Origin: Octopus vulgaris
Lineage: Eukaryota
DNA: 64,000 nucleotides
Assembly: GCA_951406725.2 (NCBI GenBank)
Contig: OX597828.1
Span: 27,776,001-27,840,000 of the forward strand
Direction: 5' to 3'
How positions within the stretch are numbered: position 1 is the stretch's first letter; the number at the start of each line of letters is the position of its first letter. The notes under the pieces were generated by a model. The model had not been told where the DNA came from. It saw nothing but the letters and a program-made list of their open reading frames with translations, and ran no database searches. Shown piece by piece: positions 26,446 to 39,084 of this stretch. Both the position numbers and the translations under genes were made by a program.

Positions 26446-27733
26446 TTAGGTTGGCAACTAAGTTCCTGCTGTTTTTTTTTAATTTAAATTTTTTTAAAGG
26501 TTTAATGAAAAATTACTAATTAATCAATAATGTATTTACCCTTGTTGTTTATAACTTCTTCCCAACATTCAACAAGATTTTCAATACCCTGTTGGTAGAA
26601 ATCACTCAATTTTTACTCAAAAAATTGATCCAACCAATATCTCAATTCTGCATCAGTATTGAATGAAACTCTGCGCATGGCATGTGAAAGAGATCGAAAG
26701 AGGCAGATATCCATTGGTGCCAAATCAGGAGAGTATGGTGGGTGTTGCAGCACTTCCCAGCCATGCATTTGAATGGCTTCCTTGGTCATATTGGCAATAT
26801 GAGGGCAGGTGCTGTCGTGCAGCAGAAAAACCCCATGCTGCCGATTGAGTCTTTTCTCTTGAATAGCCATGTTGAGTCATTCCATCTGTTGAACATAGAG
26901 TTCCACGTTGACCGTTTGGTTCCATTCAAGCAATTCGTAATGGATAATTCTTTCCCAGTCCCACCATACACATAACATCATTTTACACAGATGAAGATCT
27001 TGTTTCACGTGCGGTGTCACTTGTTTACCAGGGCTGAGCCATTCCTTACGCTGCTTCATATTTATGTACAGGCACCATTTTTTTTTCGCCAGTAACAATT
27101 TGGTAAAGAAATCGTTGCTTGTGTCCATGAGTTGAGTGTTGATGACCAAGTAAACCATCGGAGATTGTGGCTCGTTGATTTTTGTTGTTGTCACTTAAAG
27201 CATGCGGAACCTATGTTCCATACTTCTGAACCTTTCCCATCGAGTGAAGATGCTTCTCTATAGCAGTGTGGGAGCATTCCATTTTCTCTGCCAGTTCCCT
27301 TGTCGTTTGACAAGAATTTTTGTGCAAAAGTTGGTTTAATCGCCCTTCATCGAACTCAACTGGACTGCCAGAACAAGGTGCGTCTTTGAGGTCAAAATTT
27401 CCATTTTTGAACTTGGCATACCTATCACAAGCGGTTCTTTCAGCTATGGCACCCTCTCCGTACACAGCACAAATGTCGTGAGCAGCTTTTGCAACCTTAG
27501 AACCTTAATTAAAAGCAAAAAGAAGGAGGTGTTGAAAATGCTCGTTTTTCTTAACTTGACATTAATGATCTGAAAATAAACAAAAAATTAACTAATATTA
27601 ACTAAAAAAGTATACAAAATAGGTTCCAAAATGATTCAAAATAGAATTCTTGAAAAAAATAGATTCAAAAATTTAAAAAACGCAATAAAGTCCAAGATTT
27701 TAAAAAACGGTGGGAACTTAGATACCAACTCAA
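26446..27733 (-). mobile_element. Full-length (~1.29 kb) decayed mariner transposon, mellifera-like TIR
   Basis: TIRs TTAGGTTGGCAACTAAGTTCC and GGAACTTAGATACCAACTCAA|TA; transposase motifs across the element. Confidence 0.95.
26521..27565 (-). pseudogene. Mariner (D,D34D) transposase pseudogene
   Basis: Fragments: YGEGAI..KFKNGNFDLKDAPCSGSP, MLCVWWD..IIHYELL, LLHDSTCPH, HPPYSPDLAPMD; multiple stops and frameshifts. Confidence 0.95.
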
Positions 27734-27761
27734 TATATACATATATATATATATATATATA

Positions 27762-28505
27762 TTGGGTCACCCCATTAAATAATGTGGTTTTTTAAAATTT
27801 TATTTTTATTACTTTTATTTTTCCAAATTAAGATAAACAAAGTTTTTTTAATCTGAACTCCTTCATTTTCTGCAATGCTCTTCCCTCTATCTGGTTGACT
27901 TGCTAGGCTTCTCTTTCAAAATTCACTCATTTATGATGTAAAATACTCCTCCAGTAATGTTCTGAACTCTTCTAGAGAATTCATATTTTTTCCTGTCCAA
28001 ATGATTTTCAAGATTGCAGAATAAATGATAATTAGATGGGGCAATGTCCAGGAAATATGGTGGGTGGAGCATCGTTTCCCATTCAAACTGCCCCAGCCTT
28101 TGGAATGTCATCCTTGTTGTATGTGGCTGAACATTATTCTGATGAAGAACACCTTTCATTTTGAAACCAAAGATGGTCATTTTTCTGCTAGTGCTGACTG
28201 AAGCCACTCAAGCTGCTTGCAGTAGATCTCCTTTGTTATCATTTGGTTTGGGTTTAAAAGTTCAAAGTGGACTAAACCTTTCATATCCCACCAAACAGAT
28301 AACAACACCTTAAGTAGGTGAAGACCTTCCTTCGCCTGGGGTGCTGGTGTTTTTCCTTTCCCTACCCACTGTCTTCTTGAGATTTTTATAGAGGACCCAT
28401 TTCTTGTCACCAGTTACTATTTTGTCCAAAAAAGGTTCATTCGTAAGATGTGACAGCAAAGAAGAGCATACATTCACTCTGTTCAACAAAAATATGTCTG
28501 TTCTA
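27762..28505 (-). mobile_element. 3' half of a second mariner family, decayed
   Basis: TIR TA|TTGGGTCACCCCATTAAATAATG; IVTGDKKWVLY, LLSVWWDMKG, HPPYFLDIAPSNYHLF. Confidence 0.9.
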
Positions 28506-28570
28506 CATTCAGAAAATAAAATTGAGATTTGTTTACAGGACTTCATCTTTGATTCTCATGTATTTTCTTG

Positions 28571-29310
<740 letters not shown>

Positions 29311-29379
29311 ATACATCCTTTATTTTAAACCCTGGCTTCTGCAGAGGATGTTCAATGAATCTGACTGAATTGATAGACA

Positions 29380-29600
29380 TCATTCTGCCAGGAAGCTGGA
29401 TAGGATCCAGAGAAGAAGGTCTGCAGCTGCCAAGCTGTTGGCTTTGTCTGTTACAAGATACATTATAAATGTACAAGTAATCAAAAAGCAATCAGAATGA
29501 GAAACTTGCATAAGAATGTGACATTATTTCTATCTGGTGTATGGAAATTTTTCCTGAAGAGACGATAAGAAGGATTTCTGAATTTTAAAAAGTGGATAAT
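29380..29600 (+). pseudogene. Possible decayed C-terminal fragment of a CR1/L2-group LINE ORF2
   Basis: KLDRIQRR at ~29392, later a W-x-x-x-PEE-like segment at ~29542; frameshifted. Confidence 0.3.
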
Positions 29601-29874
29601 TTACCATTCAGAATATCAGAGAGGAAAAATTGCAGCTTTGATATTCTGGCATTAACATTTTGCTTGAGTTAGCATTTTTTAAAAATTTCATAAAAAAAGT
29701 TTATTTTTTTTCCATTTTTTGTTTGTTTGTCTTTTTGTTTTGTTTCCTTTTGTATTTGTTTTTTTTTTCTTTCTGATAGTAAAATTTCAAATGATTTGTC
29801 ATATATCACTAGATAATTCTTCAACCAAGCATTAGATGCTATATCAAGCTTGTTGTTGTTATTTTTGGTGTCTA

Positions 29875-30330
<456 letters not shown>

Positions 30331-31354
30331 AAAGAGAGAACATGCACCGAATGTAATCTTGTTTATATTCTTGTGTTTCTGATTATTCATTCTCTTTATT
30401 TTATTATTAGCCCACTCACTCTTTCTCTCACTCACTCTCTCTCTGTCTCCATATATATATATATATATATATATATGTAAATTATAGACATACACACATC
30501 TATGTAGCTGATGGATGTTTTCGCAAAAAGAGTAATTTATATTGAGGGGATTAAGAATTTTCTTAAGGCTTGTTCTGTTGTAACTGCTTAATGGATGTGA
30601 AGCAGCAGTTTTATGGTGAACTGCTCATACAGTCAGCCTTAAACACCATATGGCGGTCTTTAAAAGAATCTCACATTATCTTATATTAGAAGATATCTCA
30701 TTATGCTATATCACTCAACTATTGAGTTATATTACATTAGATCCTATTGCATCATTGAAACTCATATTGGGCATCTAACAAATTATGTCCACTCCAATTT
30801 ATTCTAGACAGTGCTTGGACCTCTCTCTTCACTGTTCATATCACACTGTCACATGAAATAACGTTTCTGACACATGTCATTTATTCAACTTAGCTTTTGA
30901 TGTTGTTCACAGCAGATCTTCTTTACATTTTCGTTAACTCCACCTCTTGTGTTAATTATGTCTGCAAGGCAGCCCGGACTTTTCAGATGTGATTTGTCAG
31001 TCTGGCATAACCAGCAAAGTACAAAAGACTGAGTGAAAAGCAGCGAAGAGGAAGCGTTGTTCTTTTACCATTTGTCAGCTAGCTATTTGTTTGGTCTCTG
31101 CTAGAGATGAATAAGTAACTCAAATACAGTGAAAAGATTGTTGGTTTATGGCTAGACGTCTCTGTTTTCTTGTTTTCTTATATATGTGTGTGTGTCTATG
31201 CGTGTGCACATGAGTGTGTGTGTTTGTGTGTATAATTTGTTTTTAATATGGTGGAATTCCAAGTAGATTAAGCTATAAATAATAACATGTAAATATGTAA
31301 ATGCTGGGTTAAAAAGCCTTTGGATAGGAAAAGTTGAAAGCTGCCCATGGGACA

Positions 31355-31364
31355 TATGTATATA

Positions 31365-31419
<55 letters not shown>

Positions 31420-31481
31420 GTATTTATGTGTGTGTGTATATATATATATGTGTGTATATATATATTGTGTATATATATATA

Positions 31482-31539
<58 letters not shown>

Positions 31540-31549
31540 TATGTATACA

Positions 31550-31595
<46 letters not shown>

Positions 31596-31604
31596 TATGT
31601 ATAC

Positions 31605-31643
<39 letters not shown>

Positions 31644-31760
31644 GTATACATATTTATATATGAATAAATATATATATATATCATCATCGTCGTTTAACGT
31701 CCGTTCTCCATATATATATATATATACTACATACATACATATACATATGGATATATACAT
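31355..31760. repeat. (TA)n microsatellite block
   Basis: Direct inspection. Confidence 0.95.
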
Positions 31761-32323
31761 GCATATTGTGTCACATGGTTTTGATCTAAAATCTCACAAT
31801 GAAATGGATGTTGTTCTGTGTGTTTACTTATCATCATCCACGTTGTTGTTTTGACAGAGACAGCAATGATTAAGCAATTATTCTAATTCTGAATATCCTC
31901 TTCTATAATCATTAATTGTTTGTTTATGAGTGTTGAAGGTTTCATTCACACTCCTCTCTCTCCTTGCTTTGTTGACCACCATCTTCTCTACGTGTGCAAT
32001 ATAGGACAAAGATCGGTGAACTACTAGCCATATCTGAACAATAACAGAATACAGAATATCATCGTCGTTGTCATCATCGTTATTTAATGTTCGTCTTCCA
32101 TGCTGGCATTGGTTGGATGGGTTGGCAGGAGCTGCAAAGACTAGGGACTGCACCAAAATAAATACTTTCTACTATAGGCACATGACCTGAAATTATGGTG
32201 GTGGGAGATTGTCAGTTAAACCGATTCCAGTGCTCAACCAGTACTTATTTCATCAACTCCGAAAGAACGAGAGGCAAAGTTGACATCAATGGCATTTGAG
32301 CTAAGAACATGATGAGTTAGGAA

Positions 32324-32371
<48 letters not shown>

Positions 32372-32548
32372 CAAACATAATTTTCGTATGGTTTTTTTTA
32401 GGCACTCACTAGTACAACACTAAGTACAAAACCAAATATATGGCACCCTAGACATTACACCAACACGAACTTCCAACTTGCTGTCTCTTGAGGTCTCTGG
32501 TGAGACTTGGAGCCAGCTTGTGCAAATGTAAAGCAAAAGTCAAACATA

Positions 32549-32582
<34 letters not shown>

Positions 32583-32602
32583 TATTATTATTATTATTAT
32601 TA

Positions 32603-32885
32603 TGGATAGGAAGAATCTCTAGAGCTTGTGAACAGTAAAGGTCATGTCTATAATAAGTGATACATTGGGAAAATAAGCAAAGATATACACAAATGGCTGA
32701 GGTTGATTGGAATAGAATGCTCTGTAGAGCTCCTACAGAAAGTTTGTCTTTTAAGGGATGCAAGGATTATCAGGAGGATCCTAAGCACGTGAAAGATAGC
32801 TGAAAACTTGTGGATACTTAAGGTTACAAGTAGTAACCCACTATCCACATAATCTCTACCAGGAATAAGACTGAACCTGAGACAA

Positions 32886-32936
<51 letters not shown>
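32603..32936 (+). mobile_element. 3' end of an R4/Dong-clade non-LTR retrotransposon with a (TAA)n tail
   Basis: Translates VKVMSIISDTLG/ISKDIHKWLRLIGIECSVELLQKVCLLRDARIIRRILST* (stop 32790-32792), like the R4/Dong C-terminus (LQK..LLGTARI.R..L); short 3' UTR then (TAA)n; sits in a TAA/ATT array. Confidence 0.75.
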
Positions 32937-32937
<1 letters not shown>

Positions 32938-33983
32938 TTATAAGTGCTTCTGGTTGAGGCACAATATCCAATGCATGTGTTTAAAAATGATTAGTAGAAA
33001 GAATTCTATCAAACTTCACTCATATATCATTGATTTCTGATTTTCTTAAGAGTTATAAATATTCATTCAGCCATTTGTCTATATCTGTAAAATAAGATGT
33101 TCTGCAAGTCTTTTAGAAATTCCCTTCCTCTTGTAATTCATACTAGTTAATATGGTCTTCTGAAAAGTCCTAACATGCAACAATTTGTTACTTTAATCAC
33201 CAAGTGTATGAGGGCTATTATAGCCATTTGTGTATCATATTCAATGCAAGTGCATCACAAAAAGGGCAAATTTACTGTGGTCTTCATCTGGAGATAATAT
33301 CTTGTGGACATACAGTGTTTAAAAAGACAAATATATCACTAGCAGTCTGGACTCATCCATCAGCTGCATTGAGAATGTTAGATGTGCATTTCTACCTCCT
33401 TAGGCTTTGTCAGTAGTATATGGATTCTATTTACTTCAGAGATGTTATATAGTCCAGTAATGATTAAAAGCATTTCCTGTCTTAGGACACTTAAACTAAT
33501 TGAATTTTTAAATTATAGAAAAATATTTCTAGAGTTTTAAGGACTTACATCATAATTTTTGTCGTCATCATCATCATTATTATCATCATCATCATCCACT
33601 TTTCCATACTTACATGGGTGGGACAAAGTTTACTGAGGTGGATTTTCTATAGCTGGATGCTCTTTCTGTTGCTAACCCTCACCTGTTTCCAAGTAAAGTA
33701 ATATTCCTAATGGCCAAACTTGTTCTCACAGAATATTGGAAATGAATGACATTAGTCGTATGACAGTAACACTCATTTACACTTGTAGAAATCTAATGAG
33801 ATGGGATGAATTTTCAAACTGTAAATATAGTTTAACGAGTTTACCTGTTAAAAACTACCTTCTCATATAATCAATTGTTTGAAATATTGAATATTACAAG
33901 ACAATTAATGTCTAAAAATGTTGCATAAAGGAACTTAATAATTATGGAATAGCACCATTGGATTAGAACAATATATAGACTCA

Positions 33984-34295
33984 GATGTGACTGTTTTGAG
34001 AAGTTTGCTTTCCAGCCTCATGATTCTAAATTCAGTCTTACTGCGTGACACCTTGGGCACTGACCAAAGCCTTGTGGGTGGATTTGGTAGTCAGAAACTG
34101 AAAGAAATCTGTGTTTGTGTTTGTCTCCACCACCACTGTTTGACAACTGGTATTGGTGTGTTCACATTCCCATGACTTAGTGGTTCAACAAATAAGATTG
34201 ATATAACATGTATCAGGCTTTAAAAAATTAAGTACTGAGATCAATTCATTCAGCTAAAATTTTTCAAGGCAGTGCCCCAGCATGGCCACAGTCTA
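33984..34295 (+). mobile_element. Diverged CORE-type SINE
   Basis: CACCTTGGGCA, GACCAAAGCCTTGTG, CCCAGCATGGCCACAGTC. Confidence 0.75.
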
Positions 34296-34467
34296 ATAAA
34301 TGAAAGATCCTGAAATATATCTTGTAGAGAACACTGCAATCTTGGTAAGATTGAAACGGTAGAATTGTTTCTTCAATAATGAAGAATTTGGGAATCACAA
34401 AGATGATAGATTTGGAATGTGCAAAACCGAAAAAAAAAAAGAAATAATAATAATAATAATCCACAAC

Positions 34468-34631
34468 AGGCACAATCATGACTGTGTGATAAGAAGTTTG
34501 CTTACTAACTATTTGGTTTTGAGGTCAGTTGTACTGTGTGGAACCTTGAGCGAGTGTCTTCAACTATAGCCCCAGGCTGACCAAAGTCATGTGAGTAGAT
34601 TTGGTAGATGGAAACTACATGTGTGTGCACA

Positions 34632-34662
<31 letters not shown>

Positions 34663-34850
34663 TTGTGTGTGTGCATATCTTTGTGTTTGTCCCCCACCCC
34701 TGCAACTTGGTGGTTCAGCAAAATGAGACTGATAGAAAAAGTACCAGACTCTAAAAAAGAATAACACTGGGGTTGAATCACTCAACTTAAACCTTTCAAT
34801 GTAGTGCTCCAGCATGGCCACAGCCCAATGACTGAAAAAAGTAAAAAAAA
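34468..34850 (+). mobile_element. CORE-type SINE, full length, diverged
   Basis: Colinear with the reverse complement of 8469-8887. Confidence 0.8.
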
Positions 34851-35279
34851 TAAATGATAAATAAAAGTTCCAGATACCCGCCAAGTATTTCATGTAATTT
34901 AAATCCTAACATTTGTTATTCTATAACACCATTATCTCCAAATGAAGCCATACTTGTCAGTTTCTCTCATTACTATGCTGTTTGCCAGAATACTGAACTC
35001 TCAGAGAAAATATATCAGCTTGAATCTATCTGATATAGCAGAGTCTAACGACAGGTAATCAGAAATTAGATAGTATAAACCTGCATATAATGTCAATGTG
35101 AAAATAAAAATGCTTAACGCTTCCTTAATTTAATCTCTTTTCACTTTCAGTGAACCACAGATTCTACAAAAGCTTTAACAGAATTTTTTTAATATGGTTT
35201 GTTGCAGTAGATGTAAAACTTAGATGAGAAATTGCAACATTAAACAACCTCTGAATGTAATTAATTTAGAATGTACACT

Positions 35280-35510
35280 TACCTGTAACTGTGCCAACTG
35301 CAATAATTTCCAACTTGATGGTAAATGTCTGTTGAAATCATTACTGTACTGTGTGCTAAAGTGCACCTAGATAACAAATCTGAGTGAAGATTATATATTG
35401 GGTTAACCAAACAGATTTTTAAGGTTTGATATCATCAGCCTAGGTATTCCTTTCTAAACCCCGAAGGAAATTCATTAAAACATTCTTGAAGTACATCTAG
35501 TCTCTGGAGT
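35280..35510 (+). pseudogene. Decayed GIY-YIG endonuclease domain of a Penelope-like element
   Basis: TCNCANCNNFQLDGKCLLKSLLY ... LYIGLTKQIFKV*YHQPRYSF ... LKYI*SL, matching the PLE pattern CNC..CPL.GKC..Y / YIGLT..FK.RY..H..SF / LSKYIW.L. Confidence 0.75.
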
Positions 35511-35547
35511 ATACAAAAAAAAAAAAAAACTTCTCTTGTCACAAATA

Positions 35548-36781
35548 AGGGAGGGCTGAAAATGAAGGAGTGATGCTAGAGCTGTAAAATCTTGCGTTAC
35601 TTTCAGCCCTTCTTATTACTACTAACTGCATTGTTTCTTTCCAGGTAAGCTGGCATCTGATTGTTCAAAGGAGACCTCCAAAGTAACTAGTAGTGACTTC
35701 TCTTGAAAATGGATAAAATTTGGCATCCAGTTGTTATCAACTATCTCGGTTTAGGCCCCAAGGACATTCATGCTGATATGGTTGTTACATTAGGGCATGA
35801 TGCTCCAGATTTATCAACAGTGCAAAAACGGGCAGCTGAATTTAGGAAGGAAAGGGAGAGTCTTCAAGATGACCCAAAATCTGGACATCCTGCGACTGCC
35901 ACCACTGAAGAAACCATTGACCATGTTCAACACATGGCAATAGATGACAGGCAACTGATTATAAATCTAACAGCCAATGTTATCAGTGCATCCTGTGAGG
36001 AAGTTGAGAATATTCTGCACAATGAACTTGGCATGATGAAGGTTTCTGCTTGGTGGGTGCTACATCTTTTTACACCTGATCAAAATTGCACCAGGCTGGT
36101 CATATCACAAGAAATTCTGATATCGTTAGAGGCAGATCCATCCAGTTTCCTCGAATATTTCCTAAGCCAGGATGAGTGCTGGCTTCATCACTCTGAGCCA
36201 GAGACAAAGAGACAATCCATGCAGTGGTAACACCCCTCCTCATCTGCTCCAAAGAAAGCCATGGTTGTTTCGTCTGCAGGGAAGGTGGTGGCCTCAGGTT
36301 TTTGGGATTCAAAAAGCATTGTGTTTATTGACTATCTTCAGAAGGTCCACACCATCAATGTAGGGTACTGTGCCAACTTGCTGAGGCAGTTACAAGAGGC
36401 TGTCAAAAGACCAAACAGCTAAAAACCCGACAAAAGGAGTCTTGTTTCATTAGGACAACACTCCAGTACACAAGTCCTTCATTTCAATAGTTCCTGTGCA
36501 TTACTGCAGCTTTTATTCTCCTGATTTGGCCCCATCTAACTATCATCTGTTCCTCAGCATGAGAAAATGCTTGGCTGGGAGCCAGTGATGATATCATGTC
36601 TGCTGTTGATGAGGTTTTTGACTAACAGGATGACAGCTTCTTCACCAATGGGATCCAAGCACTGCAACACCAGTGGAAGAAGTGTGTGGACCCCAAGGGG
36701 GAGTATGGTTAAAAATAAACCTCATTTGATCACATACCATGAGTATCTTGGTTAGCCAGTGGTCTTTTCAGATGACCCTCA
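35548..36781 (+). mobile_element. Near full-length decayed mariner (irritans/Himar1-like)
   Basis: Degenerate TIRs AGGGAGGGCTGAAAA / TTTTCAGATGACCCTCA|TA; length about 1.23 kb. Confidence 0.9.
35709..36718 (+). pseudogene. Mariner transposase pseudogene
   Basis: MDKIWH.., SLQDDPKSGHP, KVSAWWVLHLFTPDQ, QDECWLHH, GKVVASGFWD, SPDLAPSNYHLF, WKKCVD; premature stops. Confidence 0.92.
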
Positions 36782-36923
36782 TATTCTAAATATCTATTAT
36801 AATGAGATTCAAATCAAACACATTTAGAAACTGATAGAATTTTGCAGTTGTTTTTGTTATGTTTCGTGTTGCTATTAATGAAAAAAAATTCTAGATTCAA
36901 TTTTTTTTTTGGCTTTTTGCTCT

Positions 36924-36958
<35 letters not shown>

Positions 36959-37015
36959 ATGCACACACACACAGATTCAATTATATTCACTGACACTGAC
37001 ATATATTCACTGACA

Positions 37016-37247
37016 ATGGCGGCGAGCTGGCAGAAACGTTAGCGTGCCGGGCGAAATGCGTAGCCGTATTTCATCTGTCGTTACGTTCCGAGTTCAAATT
37101 CCGCCGAGGTCGACTTTGCCTTTCATCCTTTCGGGGTCGATAAATTAAGTACCAGTTATACACTGGGGTCGATGTAATCAACTTAATCCGTTTGTCTGTC
37201 CTTGTTTGTCCCCTCTGTGTTTAGCTCCTTGTGGGTAGTAAAGAAAT
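37016..37247 (+). mobile_element. Young tRNA-headed SINE with a 15-bp target-site duplication
   Basis: GGCGG...CCGCC tRNA-like head, box B GAGTTCAAATTCC; ATATATTCACTGACA at 37001-37015 and 37248-37262. Confidence 0.92.
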
Positions 37248-38159
37248 ATATATTCACTGACACATTTGTGTGTGTGTGAGAGACAGATAGAAAGACAGCG
37301 GGAGTATTTCTGTCTACTTCATTCGCTGACTTTGTTCAACCCAGGACTATAGTTCAATACATGCTTGCCCCAGGTGTTACATGGAGGGACCGAGCCCAAA
37401 ACAAAATGTTTATGAAGTGTGCTTCTTAACAGCAGAGCCATGTCTGCACTTATGCACACACACACACACACACACACTTACGCACACACACATACCATAA
37501 GGGCCACAAGATCTTCAGGCTAGGGGTCTGTAACCAAATTTACTTTGTTTATGTAGCGACTTTCATAAATTACAAATTGTAAAGGACAACAGTTTAGAAA
37601 AAAATTTAGAGCTAGGTATGGAAATCTAATTTTATAGTAAAAATAATTATAAAAAAAAGATAATTGATCTACCAAGAATTCAAGTCTATCAATGGTAAAG
37701 AAAATAAAAAAAAAGTAAGAATGAAATATGAGAAATTCTAATCCTATTGATGAAGGCAAAGATGTATGAATGTGATGATGGGTGATGGTGATATTTATAA
37801 TGTTCCTTTTTAAGTTTGATGATTATAACCCAACAAGTTAACTAACACAAATAAGCTTCATGTTTTAATTGTATAACCCACTCATTTTAAAGTCCAGAAA
37901 TCAATCACATGATTGCAATGTTGCTTTGGCATAAATCATTGTCTCGAATAATTCTCTTACAATAGAAAAACATTCCCTCTCTCATCACCCTCATCAACAT
38001 CATCATCATCATCATCGTCATCATGTAAAGCTGCAGCAAGAAATGATATCAAGGAAACTGCCATAACAATTACAAGGATAATGTTAATAACAGGGAGGAT
38101 TCTTAAAAAAAAAAGAAGAAAAAAAAAAACATATAATAAACCAAAAAAAAAAGAAAGAA

Positions 38160-38700
38160 AAACCCCCGTGATGAATTATATTTCTCTTTGTGGGAGCCAT
38201 CTTGGATTACATTGATACACCTATGATTTTTCGCGTTATTATTCTTGGGGAAAAATTAAAATAATTGATTAAAAAATTAGCGGCAAAACAAAAGAAGCAA
38301 CCGTATAATAATAATCCAAATTCATGGAAATAAGAAAAACCGAAAATTAGTTTCGGTTTCTATTGAAAAGTAAAACCTGATGTAGTTGTCTGTTGTTTAG
38401 GTTGCATGAAATAACAGGGTTCTTTTTTCCTTGTGCGCGCGGAAAAGCAGAAGGTGGATGGCGGCGGCGGTGTTTGCAGTAGCGGTGTGGGGGTTGGGGA
38501 GAGAGAATGTAGCTGTATGCAGTGGCGGCGGCGATGGTGGTGGTGGTGGTAATGGTGGCGGCGGTGGAGTAATGGTGGTGTACCGTGTGACAAGTTACCT
38601 CAGCCATTGTATGTGAAACCTTGAAATGTCTCAAGTCAGAAGTGATACAGTTCAGCCACTGTGCCGCTATTAATTCACTTTGACACTAATAATACGGCAT
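38160..38700. promoter_or_regulatory. CpG-enriched, TE-free promoter-like region
   Basis: Cluster of CpGs (GCGCGCGG, GGCGGCGGCGG), YY1-like GCCATCTT (~38195) and E2F-like TTTTCGCG (~38228) in an otherwise CpG-poor window. Confidence 0.4.
38599..38607 (-). CDS. Candidate first coding exon end (M-A-E) followed by an intron; gene unidentified
   Basis: Minus strand ACA-ATG-GCT-GAG|GTAACT: good start context and a plausible donor inside the CpG-rich region; no downstream exon identified. Confidence 0.25.
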
Positions 38701-38867
38701 GGCTGCCTTACTGACTTCACAAGCATTGCAGAGAAACAAATGGGCAGAAATGTTGCAGATAACAAACACTTGAAACTGCCTTTTATGTTTCTCTTTCCCT
38801 TCCTCCCATTCTCTCTCTCTCTCTCTCTTTCTCTTTGCAGAAGCATTTCTTTCTCTTTCTTTCCCCT

Positions 38868-38906
<39 letters not shown>

Positions 38907-39052
38907 ATATAAAGATACATGCATATATGCAAACATACATTCTTTAACTTGATGTTCATTTAGTTTTCTTCTTTTTTTCTTTTTTCTTCTTCTTCCCTAC
39001 CCTTTATCTCTCTCTTTCTTTTTTCTGAAAGTTCCTCTCCCTGCTCCCAACT

Positions 39053-39084
<32 letters not shown>

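Noticed and set aside
35283-35328. Minus-strand 46-nt candidate exon ending CAG|GTAAGT
   Set aside because: The opposite strand is better explained as the Penelope GIY-YIG remnant, and the acceptor is weak.
37018-37107. tRNA gene (also at 12503)
   Set aside because: The tRNA-like head runs into a SINE body with a TSD and has no canonical anticodon arm.
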